Of a stretch of DNA of 64,000 nucleotides, positions 62,436 to 64,000 are shown piece by piece (position 1 is the stretch's first letter; each line of letters begins with the position of its first letter). The DNA is from Lachnospiraceae bacterium (GTDB lineage Bacteria > Bacillota > Clostridia > Lachnospirales > Lachnospiraceae). The DNA is taken from positions 5,267 to 69,266 of the forward strand of contig JAFLSW010000010.1 in assembly GCA_022510725.1 (NCBI GenBank), read 5' to 3'. The translations under genes were made by a program, and so were the position numbers. The notes beneath the pieces are model-generated. The model was not told the origin of the DNA and searched no databases. It worked only from the letters and a program-made list of their open reading frames with translations.

Positions 62436-63878
62436 TTAATGAATTGTATACTCCATTGACTTCACACGCTTAGTGTATTGCTTATCAAGTTTAAAAGAAA
62501 AAAACTTTCCAAATGACACTTCTAGATGCTTGATAGAATTAACATCTTCTTCAACAGTTCCGGGTTTATTATTTACTACACGATTGTCCGTTTTTTCTTT
62601 GAGACTATTCTTTAAATCAGAAAGTGATTTTGTTCCTCCCAATGAATAGTAAAAGATTTGACATACTGTTAATATTTCAGGCAACATTCCGCATAACGCA
62701 ATAATTACATCGTAGGGTGAATGATGCGTTAATTGTATGGAAGTGTCAACATTAGGCGCAATTTCATGAATGGTTACCTCGATAGTTTTAAGTAACTTAT
62801 ACATATCTAAATCACTTAATGATTCAATATCTGTTTTTAAAAGAATCTGAGCTTGCGGATTATCATATGGATTGTCAACTAAAATGTGTTTAATATTCTC
62901 AATATATAGATTATAGCTTTTCCGTAAATAATGTGGAAAATTATCCGGAACAATTAATTGTTTAATCATCACATAAAAATCTCTTAATTGCTTATCTGAG
63001 CAAATATTAAATTTTACTATTAAAGAACATAAATCCTGTAATGCAGCAAAATCGCAAGCTGTTATTACGCTCTCAAATGCAAAAGGCAGTATCTCTAAAA
63101 TTTTCTCTTGTTCATTAAAAGCAATATATACATTTAATATTTCATAAAATTGTTGAGTTTCAAAATAATAAGGAATTAATTCTTTTAATTTGGGTAAAGC
63201 CGCATTAAGCGACATTTCTTCTTCGTTTCCATAGGCAACTTTAACATTTATAGCATTTTGTTGAAGAATCTGAATTAATCCATAATTTCTAGCCAAATCT
63301 AAAATATGGAATGTTACATTATTAAATATTACTTTATCAAAAGTACAATAGCGTACTCCTACTTTTCTTAGATCCATCTTTTCGAAAACACAATTTTTAA
63401 TATTTGATTGTTCAATCGAAGAGTGTTGCATTATACAATTTTTAAATGTTGTGTTTTCAATTTGCATTTGTCTAAATGAACATCCATTAAACTCAATGTC
63501 GGTAAATGCTGAATTTATAAAATTCCCAAAACTAAAATTACAACTTAATATCTTATGATTTTTATTACTTGAACAAAAATTAGAAGAAAATATATCACAA
63601 TACCTAAAATCACAATTATTAAAAAAACAGTTCACAAATTGACAATTATAAAATTTTGATAGTGCACCATCGGAAGAATTGAACTGTGATTCTATAAATG
63701 TACAATTTCTATATATTGGTTTACGAATCAATGCACCTGGAAATTCAATACCAAATGTCTGGTCTTGAGCTTGTTTTGGAGGATAAGAGTCTAATGTATA
63801 TTCTGTTGTAAGTAATGATTTAAATTCTTTAAAAGAATGTTCATAATTTAAATATTTTTGATCTAAATACTCTGGCAT
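62436..63878 (-). CDS. Pentapeptide-repeat protein with a C-terminal helical domain
   Basis: Long run of (C/S/T)xFxx repeats (e.g. CQFVN CFFNN CDFRY, CSFRQ, TTFKN, CVFEK, CTFDK); AGGAGG RBS. Confidence 0.85.
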   Translation of the reverse strand: MPEYLDQKYLNYEHSFKEFKSLLTTEYTLDSYPPKQAQDQTFGIEFPGALIRKPIYRNCTFIESQFNSSDGALSKFYNCQFVNCFFNNCDFRYCDIFSSNFCSSNKNHKILSCNFSFGNFINSAFTDIEFNGCSFRQMQIENTTFKNCIMQHSSIEQSNIKNCVFEKMDLRKVGVRYCTFDKVIFNNVTFHILDLARNYGLIQILQQNAINVKVAYGNEEEMSLNAALPKLKELIPYYFETQQFYEILNVYIAFNEQEKILEILPFAFESVITACDFAALQDLCSLIVKFNICSDKQLRDFYVMIKQLIVPDNFPHYLRKSYNLYIENIKHILVDNPYDNPQAQILLKTDIESLSDLDMYKLLKTIEVTIHEIAPNVDTSIQLTHHSPYDVIIALCGMLPEILTVCQIFYYSLGGTKSLSDLKNSLKEKTDNRVVNNKPGTVEEDVNSIKHLEVSFGKFFSFKLDKQYTKRVKSMEYTIH

Positions 63879-64000
63879 AACATCCTCCTATGTATCTTTT
63901 GGTTAGAAATAAAATTCAATGAAACAAAAACCAATAAACATATATTAAAACTTATATATAACACACAGTTTATAAAATTTCATGGTTTAATAATACATAT

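Larger units (their letters stand above)
59040..64000. mobile_element. AT-rich integrative element carrying a recombinase and a RiPP-like cluster; the right end lies beyond the window
   Basis: Tyrosine recombinase at the left edge and a sharp GC drop after metY. Confidence 0.55.

Overview
This AT-moderate window looks like a Clostridia chromosome segment, probably a gut Lachnospiraceae-like organism (inferred from gene content, including a bile salt hydrolase). From 1 to about 45.4 kb it is mostly housekeeping genes: the heat-shock cluster hrcA-grpE-dnaK-dnaJ with a perfect CIRCE box, prmA-rsmE-iscS, uppP, an MBOAT/SGNH pair, a ChvE-type sugar ABC transporter, an Amt-PII fusion with a structured leader, fba, the HPr/whiA/rapZ/murB/glk/hprK/uvrC cluster, ftsH, pyrG, a CASTOR/POLLUX-like channel, a type IV pilin, tspO, a DNA glycosylase, bsh and a MerR regulator. 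From about 45.5 kb the DNA becomes visibly AT-rich and accessory. A first block (45.5-57.7 kb) holds a membrane protein + HAD pair, a K+ channel, a translationally coupled PAPS-reductase/GHKL-ATPase/putative methyltransferase operon, an IS3 remnant and a large UvrD/HelD-like helicase. After metY, a second block (59-64 kb) holds a tyrosine recombinase, a B12-type radical SAM enzyme with a probable C-terminal RiPP-recognition element, a 59-aa Gly-rich peptide missed by the ORF track (62152-62331) whose leader resembles that of microcin B17, and a convergent pentapeptide-repeat protein. The last three are the best candidate for an undescribed system: a radical-SAM-matured, microcin-B17-like RiPP with a McbG/Qnr-like immunity gene. 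No rRNA, tRNA or CRISPR array was seen. All family calls are from motif recognition; no database searches were run.
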